Source: Octopus bimaculoides
Taxonomy: Eukaryota
Assembly (NCBI RefSeq): GCF_001194135.2
Contig: NC_068985.1
Location: 22,412,745-22,476,744, forward strand
DNA: 64,000 nucleotides
Direction: 5' to 3'
Part shown: positions 28,101 through 38,970 of the stretch, in pieces
Layout of the letters: the number at the start of each line of letters is the position of its first letter
How positions within the stretch are numbered: position 1 is the stretch's first letter
Notes under the pieces: generated by a model
Databases searched by the model: none
What the model was told of the DNA's origin: nothing
What the model saw: the letters and a program-made list of their open reading frames with translations, nothing else
Position numbers and translations under genes: made by a program

Positions 28101-31100
28101 ATGAGTGTGTCTTTTCCAATCTTCCATGGAAACATGCCTGGTTGGGGGGGAAATATTACCTTATGTAACATGTGAGGGTTGGTGACAGGATGGGCATCTG
28201 ACTGTAGAAAATCTGTGTCAACAAATTCTGTCAGACCCATGAAAGCAAGAAAAAGTGGATGTTAAAATGATGATGGTGATAATCATTTCAAACCCACAGG
28301 GAACAACTTTTATAAAAACTCAGTTGATATTATACTCTAAATATGTGAACAGATGAGATACAGAACAAATATATTTAGAAACTATGCCATAAAATAAAAA
28401 AAGAGGAAATTACAAAACTTGTTTCTAATTGAAGACAAAAATTTATGTAACAAAATTATAGAAATGGAAGAATATGTTAGTGGCATAGACAGGGAGCAGC
28501 AAAAACAAAAGGATAAAAGTAAATTTTAAACAGATGGACAGAATACATTGGGAAATGCTTTAGAAGTGAAGCTAAACAAACTGTGCCCTTAGAATACAAA
28601 TAACCTTCAACGTATTATAATAGCTGAACCAGGAATAAAGGAAAATAGCAAACATAACGAAAGAAATATAATGAACTCACAAACATAAAATGAAATATGA
28701 AATAGCAAAAGTGATAAAGTATTTCATTAAGAATATTGGTTTCAAATTTTTGGCACAAAGCCAGCAATTTTGAGGGAGGGGATAAGTCGATTACATCAAC
28801 CTTAGTTTTTAACTGGTACTTAATTCATCAATCCCAAAAAGGTGAAAAGCAAAGATGACCTTAGTAGAATTTAAACTTACTACCATTATATACTAAGAAG
28901 ATATTTTAACTATTTTTTTGTTTTTTATGCATGCATGGTAGTCTCATTTTCATAAAATGTGCTCAGCAGTCCATGCTATGTAAGTAAAAATCCCAACACT
29001 TTATGGGTTAAATGTTAAGAGCAAAGACCTTTGACTCACTATAAATAGGACTGAAACTAAATTAAAGTTGAATCAAATTTATTCTACCAGCTCATTGCTG
29101 GTAGAATCATTAATCTTTCAGAGAACATTCTTAGAGGCATTTCTTCCAGTTATTTACCTTCTGAGCTTGAATCCGACCAAGATCAACTATGCCTTTCAGG
29201 GTCAATAAAATAAAGTACCAGTCAAGTACTAGGGTCAATGTAATCAACTCACCCACTCCTCACAAAATTGCTGGGCTTCTGCCAAAATTAGAAACAATTG
29301 AGTGAATATTAAACAGTGACTACATGTTTACTTATTTAGTTTGTATGACCCATGTGTTTTGATTTGACTGACTTTATCAGATCACATTCTGCAATCTGAT
29401 ATAGTTGTATAATAGTTATAGCTATACAGTTTACAGAATGTTGAAATTATTTTTGTTCAGATCATTTTCGTAAAAAACTCCATGATGATGTAAGAGTAAA
29501 ACCAGCGACTAGCCAAATAAACTGGGAACATCAAAAGAACCCCAACATGGTCGTTTAATCAGTTAGAAATAGAAGCCAATTCTCCTACAAAGTTAACTTT
29601 ACTGAATTGAAAATGTATTGTATAATATAGTCCTAGATACACAGAAGATGTAATGGTCAAGTCTGAAACACCACTTATAGGACTCCTTAATCAGAGCTGA
29701 CTTAGAGTTAAACAACCAACAGAAGTCTTTAGAGTTGCATATTTTAAGTTATATATTTTGCCTAGAAGCACAAAACAGAGACACTAATAAGGTTTAAAAA
29801 ACAGCAACATAATATCACAGGCAATGTCTCTCATAGTTACATCAAAATATGACAGCCTTAAAATAATTGGAGAAATGATAACAGAACTGTGCAAAAAAAA
29901 AGAAAGAAGTTAACTGATATATAACTGTAAGAACAAATTAAAACATTTCCTTTTACTCAACTGACTTACTAGATAAATATAGATAAGTCAATAAATATAA
30001 TACTTTCAGGAAATGAATTGTTTCAATTAGAATCTCAATAATTATCATGAGAAGATGTTATAAAAAGGAATTAATGTATCTAGCTATGAACTAATGCAGC
30101 CCAAAACATTTTCTCAGTAACACTTGTCTTTTGTTCAATGCTCTAATGATTCTGCTAATCAACCATGTTAGAGATGAATTTTTTTTTGTTAATTTTCATA
30201 TTAGTTATTGGATATTCTTTTATATATTTTGTAGATGTTAGATAAATTTTTTTATTGAAAATCAAGTTGTATACAATTTCTCTTACAAATTTTACCTGCT
30301 TGAACATGGAAACAACAAGAGAGAAAAGATGGTATAGAGACAATGAACTTGGTCAACATTGACAATACTAGACCAGCAGAGAAAACAATTATCATGAGGA
30401 TGGAGACAGTTTGCACCTATTATGATGCAAATCACTTATCTCTTAACCCCTAAGCCATCTCTTTTGTACAGGCTACACTATATTCATCTTCCCTCTGAAA
30501 GGTGATGCCTGCATTATGTAGAATCATTAATGTAGTTCTCAGGGAGACTCAGCCTCATAGAATATGACAAGGCTGGTCCCTTTGAATTACAGCTACAACT
30601 CATTTTTGCCAGCTGAGTGGACTGGAGCAAGATAAACCTTCAAGTGGTTGGAAGAAAACAAAAAAATGATCTTATGTAGGGGCAGGAAAATCTTTTCAGT
30701 TGTTAGGGTCACTGTGGATGTTAATCCAGTCCTAACAGCAGCATTTGTGGGTCTCACAGATCTGGAGGCTAAGGCCCAACATAAACACCAATGTGCAGGC
30801 TGTTCTAATCAAACTGAGCGCAAGTCGAGGGCAAATACATGACGGAATAGTAATTATTTCGTCTTAGCTTTCACTGCTCATCCGAAACATGATATTTCTG
30901 CCTTATGAAATGGAACGTTTCCTTTCACTTAAAAAATGACACTCCGTCGGTTCCAATTTATCTGATCAACGAAAAAAATCGGTTTGTAAAATTAACTTGC
31001 AAGTGGCTGAGTACTCCACAGATATGCATACAATAAGGTAGTTCTCAGGGAGATTCAGCCTCACAGAATGTGACAAGGATGGCCCCTTTGAATTACAGCT

Positions 31101-34100
31101 GCAACTCATTTTTGCCAGCTGAGTGGACTGCAGCAAGGTGAAGTAAAGTACCTTGCTCAAAAACACAGCACGCCACAGGGAATCATACTCGTGATTTTAC
31201 AATTGTGGGCCAAATACCCCTAACCACTAAGCCACGTACCTTCACTCTCTTAACCGTAGAGTAAAGGATTGAAGTGACAGAGACAGAGAAAGGAAAGCCT
31301 CAGTCATATACAATGACAATGAGACTGAAATATGATCTTTTCTAGCTTCTTTGTTTTTAACAATGAAAATGACATTTAGTAATGAATGGAGGGAAAGCCT
31401 TTCAGGTGTTTACATTTTTATTCTGAGAGTTCTAGAACGATCGACTGTTAGTTCTCTCTTCTTTCTCCCACTCCTGGTACTTATTCGCCTTCTTTCATAA
31501 GTCTTCATGTCTTTTAGTTGGGGGGGGGGAGACTGTTTTTTTTTCAGGCACGTTTAATGTTTTCTCTATAAACTACAACCCCCACTTTTTTTTTTTTCAT
31601 ACACAAACTAATTCGAGCAGGGTAAAAACTGTGAAAAGAGACCAGAAAAATGGGTAATATCCCTTAGAAAATGGGTTGGGGAGAAAAGTTGCCAACAGGT
31701 GGCTACACGAAATTCAACTCTATACTTTAAAGAGTATCTTCTACTGTCGCCTCAGGCCGACTAAAGCCTCGTGAGTGAATTTGGTAGACGGAAACTGAAA
31801 GAAGCTCATCATATATTTTTTTTATGCGTGTGTTTGTGTCTGTCCCCCACCACCACCATTGTTTGACAATTGATGTTGGTGTGTTTGCATCCCCGTAACT
31901 TAGCTGTTTGGCAGAAGAGACCAATAGTATAAGCAGCAGGCTTACAGGGAATAAGTCCAGGGGTCAATTTTTTGACTAAAGGGCGGTGCTCCAGCATGGC
32001 CACCATCAAATGACTGAAACAAGAATAAAAGAATACCAGAAGAACTTTCCGTACCACTAAACCAAGAAGGTTCTTTGAATATGTACAATATATTTTAAGG
32101 CTAAATAGTAATTCTGTTTATGTTTGCGTAACTGAGATATTTTGATTGGATTATAATAGTTATTGGTTTTACACTTCTTTCTATATTCTGCAATTGTCAC
32201 AATATAGAAACATTTCTCATGGCACCAGCACACAATTTACAGATGCTTACATTTTTTATGTTAACTGTGAATTTTTCATAGGTCCAGCTAGTTAAAACTG
32301 AATAGAGCAGTTATTTGATTTACATTCCTTCTATATTGTCTAGTTTCGGATGAAATGAAATACTCATACTAGGCTGAAAAATGCAAGAAATGACATCCGT
32401 CTTGAATCAAGAATACAAATAGCCAAGATGAGATCACACCATAGAATATATATAACTACGTAGTTTATAAATTAATAAATTCAGAACACTGACGACTCTC
32501 TTTCTTGTACTGAAATATAACCTAGTTCATTTCACAAACAGGAACAGTATTACTGAACTTATCTATTTACACTTAATCCCTCATGGTCTCATTAAATAAT
32601 GGTATTACTTTCAAGGAAAAGTTCAAACAATGATTAGAATATTTGATGGCTTATGAGGCCCACCTTTTTATTCCCTCTAAAAAAGCATCACAGAAAATCA
32701 GCCCCCACCTTATGAACACAAGGTCAAGGTTTAGGTTACTGGTCAGTGGTGGTTCAAGAAAATGTGTGCTAAAACAGAGGTACATCTTATACAAAAATTG
32801 CATTCAGAGTGTTAAAATTCATTAAAGCAGGAAGTGCATATGAAATAAGTATAACTGAAGAATGAGACTAAACAGGAAGACACAGACACAGTTTCTGTTG
32901 ACTGTGCACAAGCATTGTAGGTCAAACTAGTTGTAGAGTTTTAAAATTTACAATATTCTTGTTTCTTTAACCCTTTTACTGAGGAAATCAGATATAGCCA
33001 CTCAAAATTTCATTACCCTTAATTGCTGAAAGCAGTTTTATGTACCAATCAATCTTTTGCTGAGGAATGTCATGTTTGAAACTATTTTTTTTTACTGAGA
33101 TATATCAAGTTTATCAAAGCAATATGACTTGCAGAAAATACCAATTCTATTTTTTGGTAGATATTTAAGATTGTTACTGAAATAACAATGAAATTTAATT
33201 TGCAGTTAAAGGATTAATTTATGTTGCCATGAAACAATAGCTTAGTCATTCAGAAAATGTCTTTTAATTCATATAGATTGAAAAAACATTTGCACATTAA
33301 TATCTAATTTCATAGTAACACAATATAATAAACTTTAAACATATTTTACAGTATACCAAAATATTTAGTAAATATGCAAACTTTGCCTACCCACCCATCC
33401 ATCAGCTCTCATTCTTTGTCTGTAGCTACATTATTATTTTACTGTTGTTCACTCTTTCTGTACTGCCAATCATCACCTCCTCTCTCCCAAGCCACTACTT
33501 CTATTGATATTTTTCCTCATTTTTATCACTTTTTTTCCAACTAATATCTATCATTGACTACCCTTCCATCCTTGTTCACTATTCATCTATACCCCCATCT
33601 TCTACCACACTTGAAACCTTTACTCACCCTTCCTGATCTTCCGTCCCCACTCTTCTATTCACTATGTGCCTTGAAGGTAAGCTCTGACACCACATCATTA
33701 CTATATCTCTTTTTCCAGTTCCCCACCAATTATTCCCATCTACCCTTAGTCACAAACTTGTTCCTGTCCCTTTATTATACATTAACCGTTCAGCACCTAG
33801 GATAAAGCCACCTCCCTCTCTACTATAATCCCACCCAGTTAAGGGTGTTTTGTAGTCTTGTGAGTAACATGGCAATCCCACTAGTGCTGGTGCCATGAAA
33901 AAAGCACCCCACATTCACTGTAAAGTGGTTGGCATTATAAAGGCCATCCAGTTGTAGAAATAGTATTGATATAAATGCCACTGGATCTACCTCACAAATT
34001 TTTCCGTGTTTGTCAAGTATATAACAAATGAAACAGAAAAAGGAATTCATGAGATTCTTTATTAATCCCAATGATCATTTCAACCCATCTTGCAGCGATT

Positions 34101-37100
34101 CCTCACAGGTGAGATACTGTAAAACTGTAGTAAAACTTCAGTGCAGATGTGTCTCGTCGAGTGACTTTTCAAACAATACCTCGTTCAATAAAGTCAGTTT
34201 CCGAAGGGGTGGGGAGAGGACATTGAAACAATGATGCGACAATGCCCCACTCTAACAATTTCGAAGATAGCACCCAGAGAAAATACACAAAACACTGAAA
34301 AACTTTGGAGAGACATAAAAGAATCAATCAAAAAGCCATGAATTTGATCAAAACATCTGCAACAATATCTTAAAAGATATTTATTTATAACCTCTCAACA
34401 TGAAGGAAGTCTGTTGCACGAGTTCTTCATAGAAGCAGCCAAGTTATACTTTCTTCTCCCGAATCGTTGCTATCAAATAAAGACGAACGTATGTACATGT
34501 ATGTTTGCGCAATTTTTTTTCCTATTCGTTTTTTTTTTACACCTATTAGACTGTTTTTTTTTTGCTTTTTTCGTTTTGGTGACCGGGCACTAAACTAGAT
34601 CTTGAAAGATGAGGGAGAAAAAAACGGATCGTGTGAAGTTTCCGACAGTCCTCTCCCCACCCCTTCGGAAAACATTTTCCCCACGAATTACATTATAATC
34701 CTAATTTGTGTCACTTAAACGGTATTTCTATAAAATTTCATTAATATATATCCATTTCCCTGAAAGTTATGAGGGAAAAATTGGATCTTGTGAAATTTCC
34801 GAAAGTCCTCTCCACACGCCCCCGTTCGTTTGCGCAAATTTTTGTTATATTTGTTGGCACTATCATGCTATTAGCTGTCAGAAGTGAAANNNNNNNNNNN
34901 NNNNNNNNNNNNNNNNNNNNNNNNNNNNNNNNNNNNNNNNNNNNNNNNNNNNNNNNNNNNNNNNNNNNNNNNNNNNNNNNNNNNNNNNNNNNNNNNNNNN
35001 NNNNNNNNNNNNNNNNNNNNNNNNNNNNNNNNNNNNNNNNNNNNNNNNNNNNNNNNNNNNNNNNNNNNNNNNNNNNNNNNNNNNNNNNNNNNNNNNNNNN
35101 NNNNNNNNNNNNNNNNNNNNNNNNNNNNNNNNNNNNNNNNNNNNNNNNNNNNNNNNNNNNNNNNNNNNNNNNNNNNNNNNNNNNNNNNNNNNNNNNNNNN
35201 NNNNNNNNNNNNNNNNNNNNNNNNNNNNNNNNNNNNNNNNNNNNNNNNNNNNNNNNNNNNNNNNNNNNNNNNNNNNNNNNNNNNNNNNNNNNNNNNNNNN
35301 NNNNNNNNNNNNNNNNNNNNNNNNNNNNNNNNNNNNNNNNNNNNNNNNNNNNNNNNNNNNNNNNNNNNNNNNNNNNNNNNNNNNNNNNNNNTTTACACCT
35401 AGTAGGTTTTTTTTTGTTGTTGTTTTGTTTTCGAGCAAAGAAACTTATACTCGTTTCCTCTGACCGAAAAACTTAGTGGTTATTGATATTTCAAGTTACG
35501 ATAATAATCTACAACGAAAACATAAAAACACGAACAAAAAGTTCTACAAACATTGAGATGGAGGAAAAAAAAAAAACGTCTTTAGGTGTTGACAAAAGAA
35601 GATATTTTGGAGATATTTTTAAACACCCGAGATCACAAGATTATTGCATTGAGCCGCCAACATAACACTCATTGTTTCTAATCTATTAGGATGACTGCTA
35701 ATCTGACATATTATTTTTCGCCTTTAAAGATTAAAACATTATCCTTTGCTGAGCAGATGCTGTTGCTTTCGTCACTACTCTCATGATAAACAGGCTTTAT
35801 GATATCCGAGAGACCATGTGACATGACGTCTAACATTAATGTAAACTTCTAACAATAGAGAAAAGTTGGAAGAACTATAATATTAAAAAAGACATGAATA
35901 TTTATTCATCCTTATTGTACTATCAGTCATTACCGAAACGTTCTTTGTTGTTGCTACTTACTTAGAGCAACTCAAACACCCGTTATTGCATTCAGTGTTT
36001 ACCTAGTTAACACAATTTAGAGTTAACTGTCAGAAGAGAAGTAAAAGATGTTATTCCACGAACTTATGTTTATCGAATGACTGATTAAAGTTCAGATACT
36101 AACACCTAATGAACATGAAACAAAGGAAACGAGTATAAGTTTCTTTGCTCGAAAATAACTTATAAATTTAATGTAATAACAATGAACGGCTACTTAGTTT
36201 CTCACATCTTATTAAAATGCCTTTAAACATTATCTCTTATACATTTAAAGAAATACCGGAACAATCATGGTGATATGTTTTGTTGCATTTGAACAGAGAC
36301 CCTCTCCGTACTGGTGCCTGTAAATTTCTTAAGATAGGCATAAACATCTCGAAAATATTCTTCAACGGGGATGGCATACTAATTTCTTCTTTCTTCAACA
36401 ACACAAAGGCAATCAGTACACACAAAGAAAACATTATCCACCGCCATCCCAACATTAACAGCTCGTAACTAGATGGCCACAAATATTCAGTGTCATCTTC
36501 ACTAAGGGTCTCTCCTGACGAACACACATTCTCTATACAGCAAAGACTATATCTTAAAAGTCATTATTCTTTAGGGGCGGAAAATACTTCAGACCCTAAA
36601 CAACTATAAACTGACTCTTCGAAGTCCAGGTGACATCTACAAGTGCACTACTCTCGAATTGAGGTTGAGTTGCTGCTATACACAGGCATCCTAGACCGCA
36701 TTATTAAAAATAGAATCCAAGACGAAGACGTGGCTGTGAAGTAAGTTTGCTTCCAAACCGCATGATTCCTGGTTCAGTACCACTGAGTGGCACCTCGGGC
36801 AAGTGTCTTCAACTATAGCCTCGGGTTGACTAAAGCCTGGAGAGTGGATTTGGTTCACAGAGACTGAAAGAAGCCTGGCGTGTGTGAGTGCTTCTCCCCC
36901 ACCCACCGCTTGACAACCGGTGTTTGTGTGTTAACGTCCCCGTAACTTAGAAGTTCAGCAAAAGAAAACTGATAGAAGTCCCAAACTTAAAAAAATAAGT
37001 ACTGGGATCGATTCATACGACTTAAAATTCTTCAAGGCGGTGCCCCAGCATGGCTGCAGTTAAATGGCTGAAACGAGTAAAAGGTAAAAAGATAAACTGA

Positions 37101-38797
37101 TTGGTATAAAATCGTTCGCCAGCAGACTTCAACCTCTAGCTTACGGACCTCTCTTCTGCCTTTCCGACTAACTACAACAGTGGCCACTATTTTTCAAAGC
37201 TCGATGGTGGTTATTATCATGTCATCTCCGTATATAGATTCGGTACTAACTGATCATCTCTGTTGCTCTTTTCACCAATATCGTGTTCGCGCATTCACCA
37301 GAGCCCCGCACCAACCATTAAATCTAAGTCATTCGTTCATAGAATATCATCCCTCGCCCTCTGAAACCCTTTCCTTGCCTGTGTTTTTTGAACCATCAAT
37401 TTGGAACTGTTCAAAAAACATTAACCGTAATGAACTGATGAGTCTAGGAAGGCCAGTTAATGCTACCGGTACGGCCAAGTAAAAGAAAAAAATGGTACAA
37501 AAAAGATTCACCCAAGTGACGAGGTATGAACTCAAAACCTATGAACCAAGAAACAGAAATTTATTCAACGCTTTAATCAAATGTCAAAAGGGAGCAGTTT
37601 CTTCTATATTCAACATTACAATCCCACAACTAGTATTTAAGTTCGGGTCAGCCTGTAACGCTGAGTGTCACACACATAAGTGGGACCAAAGAAATTGTCA
37701 ACTATTTTGACAACCTTATTTACCAAAAAGTGTACCACTTCCGCTTTGTACATTAAATTTTGATATTTCGTTTTACTGTCCAAAGTCGAAGAGAATTAAA
37801 ACGGCAATGATCTTGGGCCCCACCATCTCTTTAAAAGGAAGAGAGAGAAAAAATAACTTGAATATAGGAGAAAANNNNNNNNNNNNNNNNNNNNNNNNNN
37901 NNNNNNNNNNNNNNNNNNNNNNNNNNNNNNNNNNNNNNNNNNNNNNNNNNNNNNNNNNNNNNNNNNNNNNNNNNNNNNNNNNNNNNNNNNNNNNNNNNNN
38001 NNNNNNNNNNNNNNNNNNNNNNNNNNNNNNNNNNNNNNNNNNNNNNNNNNNNNNNNNNNNNNNNNNNNNNNNNNNNNNNNNAAAAAAGTCCAAGTTCTCA
38101 TGAGATAAAACATTATAAAGGTCTAAAAGTGAGGATAATTAAAAGAATGTTACAATTATTCTTAAAATATATATATATATCTTGGTATTTCATTAAAAAT
38201 AAAAAGACAAAGTAATAGATAACCTCAACTATAGTTGAGAAGAAAATCAGCTGTTCTCTATGACTGGTATACGAAAGTTAAAACGTTAAATAACAGACAG
38301 AATATCTAGGATTACATGATCCGATGTATTATACTTTTATTGACTGCTATTTCTAGCAGAATAAGCGAGAATGTATTTAGAGGCTCCCTAGTTGGCTCGT
38401 TTAATTATTTTGCTGGAAACTTGAAAAAAATTGTAATATTAAACGGGGGGGGGGGGTTCTTCTTTATAATAATGTTAAATAAAATTTGAGTATGAAAACT
38501 GTTACTCCTATTTTTAATACTTTGTTGCTAAACCGTGAGCAAAAAGGAGAAAACAAAGAAACCTTGTACAAGTACTAATGATAGGATATATTTTTTGCAG
38601 CTAATAATAGTTTGTTGATTGTAATGAACAAGTATTTTCGTTGTTGAATAGTAAATAGTAATATTATATATATATATATATATATATCTCGAAGGAATGC
38701 TCTCTTTCAGATATAAAGGATTAACAATATAAGGTCCTGAAATAAATGTATACTTACAGCAAATGATACACAAAAGTGAGAGTGTACGGACACTCAT
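1452..38797 (-). CDS. HGSNAT: HGSNAT gene model: 15 coding exons, 3' end incomplete (continues left of the window)
   Basis: Spliced translation [24 protein letters not shown]...[52 protein letters not shown]...RIPGVLQRI...[15 protein letters not shown]...[12 protein letters not shown]...FDPEGLLGT...IPINKNLW matches the HGSNAT family motifs. All introns are GT-AG and phases chain without stops. Confidence 0.96.
1941..2075. mobile_element. Hairpin MITE-like element (~65-bp arms, 10-nt loop)
   Basis: AGCTAAGCCATTGT (1991-2004) / ACAATGGCTTAGCT (2015-2028) and TGACAGTGACT / AGTCACTGTCA are perfect inverted pairs. Confidence 0.75.
4023..4097 (-). CDS. HGSNAT: HGSNAT exon 14 (AGKIFLMF...WGVVI)
   Basis: cctttcag acceptor, GTGAGT donor, 75 nt. 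Confidence 0.94.
5244..5330 (-). CDS. HGSNAT: HGSNAT exon 13 ([17 protein letters not shown]...FLGLQ)
   Basis: cttaatag acceptor, GTTTGT donor, 87 nt; DPEG motif. Confidence 0.96.
5718..6104 (+). mobile_element. tRNA-derived CORE-like SINE with RTE-like tail
   Basis: GGTTCAGTCC B-box-like motif, GTGGCACCTTGAGCAA core, ends in (GAT)n; same family as 27915 and 36725. Confidence 0.7.
6870..7280 (+). mobile_element. Decayed RTE LINE fragment
   Basis: Translates to ...[11 protein letters not shown]...[21 protein letters not shown], the linker region of RTE ORFs. Confidence 0.6.
7894..8020 (-). CDS. HGSNAT: HGSNAT exon 12 (GYLGPGG...[12 protein letters not shown]...GTFM)
   Basis: tatgcag acceptor, GTATTT donor, 127 nt. 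Confidence 0.96.
8616..8737 (-). CDS. HGSNAT: HGSNAT exon 11 ([10 protein letters not shown]...LPVPGCP)
   Basis: atttcag acceptor, GTAAGT donor, 122 nt. Confidence 0.95.
8850..9170 (-). mobile_element. tRNA-derived SINE
   Basis: Reverse-strand head GTGGCTTAGTGGTTAGAGCATCGGGCTCACAATCATGAGGTAGTGAGTTCGATTTCC; a sister copy lies on + at ~23150-23460. Confidence 0.7.
10271..10383 (-). CDS. HGSNAT: HGSNAT exon 10 ([19 protein letters not shown]...DSHQ)
   Basis: ttctccag acceptor, GTAAAT donor, 113 nt; RIPGVLQR motif. Confidence 0.96.
11526..11916 (+). mobile_element. Young full-length tRNA-derived SINE with 12-bp target-site duplication
   Basis: A box TGGCCCAGTGG, B box GTTTCGATTCC, (CAA)n tail, flanking direct repeat TTCATAAGAAGA at 11514-11525 and 11917-11928. 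Confidence 0.9.
12418..12569 (-). CDS. HGSNAT: HGSNAT exon 9 (FVFIMGTSM...IINTINKP)
   Basis: aatttcag acceptor, GTAAGT donor, 152 nt; lies within supplied ORF 12296..12619. Confidence 0.96.
12722..13016 (-). mobile_element. RTE 3'-tail-derived short element ((CAT)n-CGTTTAACGTCCGC family)
   Basis: Same sequence recurs at ~14808, 19101, 21150, 57963 and 61566, and on + at 17900-18060 and 57000-57270. Confidence 0.8.
13375..13482 (-). CDS. HGSNAT: HGSNAT exon 8 (catalytic region, [19 protein letters not shown]...ADLVFP)
   Basis: ctccag acceptor, GTAAGA donor, 108 nt; contains the catalytic Asn, His and Asp equivalents. Confidence 0.96.
13817..13920 (-). CDS. HGSNAT: HGSNAT exon 7 (DLGSP...RLKSLDAFR)
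   Basis: tttcatag acceptor, GTAAAT donor, 104 nt; family motif RLxSLDxFRG. Confidence 0.95.
14678..14720 (-). CDS. HGSNAT: HGSNAT exon 6 ([14 protein letters not shown])
   Basis: ccttcag acceptor, GTAAGT donor, 43 nt; EKLIEA|DLGSP aligns with human DRLINS|ELGSP. Confidence 0.88.
15687..15753 (-). CDS. HGSNAT: HGSNAT exon 5 (first TM helix, [21 protein letters not shown])
   Basis: ctttctag acceptor, GTAATA donor, 67 nt, phase 1 to 2. Confidence 0.9.
16239..16416. mobile_element. Hairpin MITE-like element
   Basis: ~50-bp imperfect inverted arms AATATTAGGGTAT...GGGCATTAGTACA (from 16258) / TGTACTAATGCCC...ATACCCTAATATT (to 16399), plus outer TGACTATA/TATAGTCA. Confidence 0.75.
16670..18060 (+). 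mobile_element. 5'-truncated RTE LINE (RT C-terminus plus 3' UTR with ~60-bp tandem repeats)
   Basis: [11 protein letters not shown]...[16 protein letters not shown]...LRWYGHV...GRGRCRKTW; ends in (GAT)n; has stops and frameshifts. Confidence 0.9.
18495..18601 (-). CDS. HGSNAT: HGSNAT exon 4 ([15 protein letters not shown]...NDPSDVFI)
   Basis: ttttag acceptor, GTATGT donor, 107 nt; resembles vertebrate YRFGEFGNYSLL...EDPVDSNLP. Confidence 0.9.
19101..20060 (-). mobile_element. RTE LINE 3' portion spanning an N gap
   Basis: SNIKGRLT...[32 protein letters not shown] before the gap; (CAT)n tail after it. Confidence 0.85.
21750..21862 (-). CDS. HGSNAT: HGSNAT exon 3 ([12 protein letters not shown]...EEGDLC)
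   Basis: tttttcag acceptor, GTAAGT donor, 113 nt, phase 0 to 2, fits both neighbours. Confidence 0.88.
22075..22640 (+). mobile_element. 3' end of an R2/Hero-like (RLE) non-LTR retrotransposon with its 3' UTR
   Basis: [29 protein letters not shown] resembles the Hero-clade C-terminal pattern (A.R.L.E.AE.AS.WLW.RR...W), followed by a stop and a GC-richer UTR. Confidence 0.6.
23480..24410 (+). mobile_element. Decayed RTE LINE 3' fragment
   Basis: Degenerate paralog of 16670-18060 (RIRI...[16 protein letters not shown]...[14 protein letters not shown]). Confidence 0.75.
24812..24969 (-). CDS. HGSNAT: HGSNAT exon 2 ([10 protein letters not shown]...SQSAECWK)
   Basis: ttttccag acceptor, GTTAGT donor, 158 nt; SAECWK|C aligns with vertebrate KSECCYH|C. 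Confidence 0.88.
25750..26700 (+). mobile_element. Decayed RTE/BovB-like LINE RT remnant
   Basis: [11 protein letters not shown] at ~26041-26073, then FKYWGAT and KVEAFD-like motifs. Confidence 0.65.
27915..28280 (+). mobile_element. CORE-like tRNA SINE
   Basis: GGGTTCAGTCCCACTATGTGGCACCTTGAGCAAGTGTCTTC...(GAT)n. Confidence 0.75.
30970..31240 (-). mobile_element. tRNA SINE related to the 11526 family; a partial second copy of its central domain lies at ~30530-30640
   Basis: Shared GTGGAGTACTCAGCCACTTGCA...TTAATTT segment and AATTCAAAGG...CCTTGTCACA segment. Confidence 0.65.
34250..34400 (+). mobile_element. Possible Merlin/ISXO2-like transposase C-terminal remnant
   Basis: HSNNFED...[33 protein letters not shown] resembles NHS.NFVDP...HTQNIE.LW...K...YL..YLF; short and degenerate. 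Confidence 0.4.
35428..36155. mobile_element. 728-bp non-autonomous DNA element with perfect 32-bp terminal inverted repeats
   Basis: TTTTCGAGCAAAGAAACTTATACTCGTTTCCT (35428-35459) is the exact reverse complement of 36124-36155. Confidence 0.8.
36725..37085 (+). mobile_element. CORE-like tRNA SINE
   Basis: GTGGCTGTGAAGTAAG...GGTTCAGTACC...GGCACCTCGGGCAAGTGTCTTC...CAGCATGGCTGCAG...GAAACGAGTAAAA. Confidence 0.8.
38758..38797 (-). CDS. HGSNAT: HGSNAT coding exon 1 (signal peptide, [13 protein letters not shown])
   Basis: ATG at 38797 and donor T|GTAAGT. The phase-1 T joins exon 2 GT to give Cys, producing a signal peptide ending ...CQCIFA. A promoter-like motif cluster lies just upstream. It is the best of three phase-compatible candidates. 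Confidence 0.8.
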
Positions 38798-38930
38798 GCT
38801 GTCAGAACTTTCACTCAGCGTACCAGGAAGGAGATTGTTTTAAAAAACACAGCACAGCTATCAACAAGGTAAAGAATTATGACAAGGGCGTCGACACGTA
38901 TTTCGGAGTATATGATGATAGCTTCCTCTG

Positions 38931-38970
38931 TCTCGTGAGATAACCGGAAGTAAACAAACAAGTCACATGT
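38931..38970. promoter_or_regulatory. Putative HGSNAT proximal promoter motif cluster
   Basis: Within 40 bp: TCTCGTGAGA (38931-40), ETS-type CCGGAAGT (38944-51), forkhead-type GTAAACA (38950-56), E-box GTCACATG (38962-69). The region is locally CpG-richer and lies 135-175 bp upstream of the ATG. Confidence 0.5.

Noticed and set aside
30296-30395. MIIVFSAG...HVQAG|GT candidate first exon
   Set aside because: Phase-compatible but lies in AT-rich sequence with no promoter features, and it makes a poorer signal peptide.
36237-36527. Minus-strand 96-aa ORF with a hydrophobic stretch and a phase-1 donor at 36257, as an alternative HGSNAT first exon
   Set aside because: No recognisable homology. 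Splicing from exon 1 at the nearby AG gives TGA. Exon 38758-38797 gives a cleaner signal peptide with promoter motifs. Cannot be excluded without RNA data.
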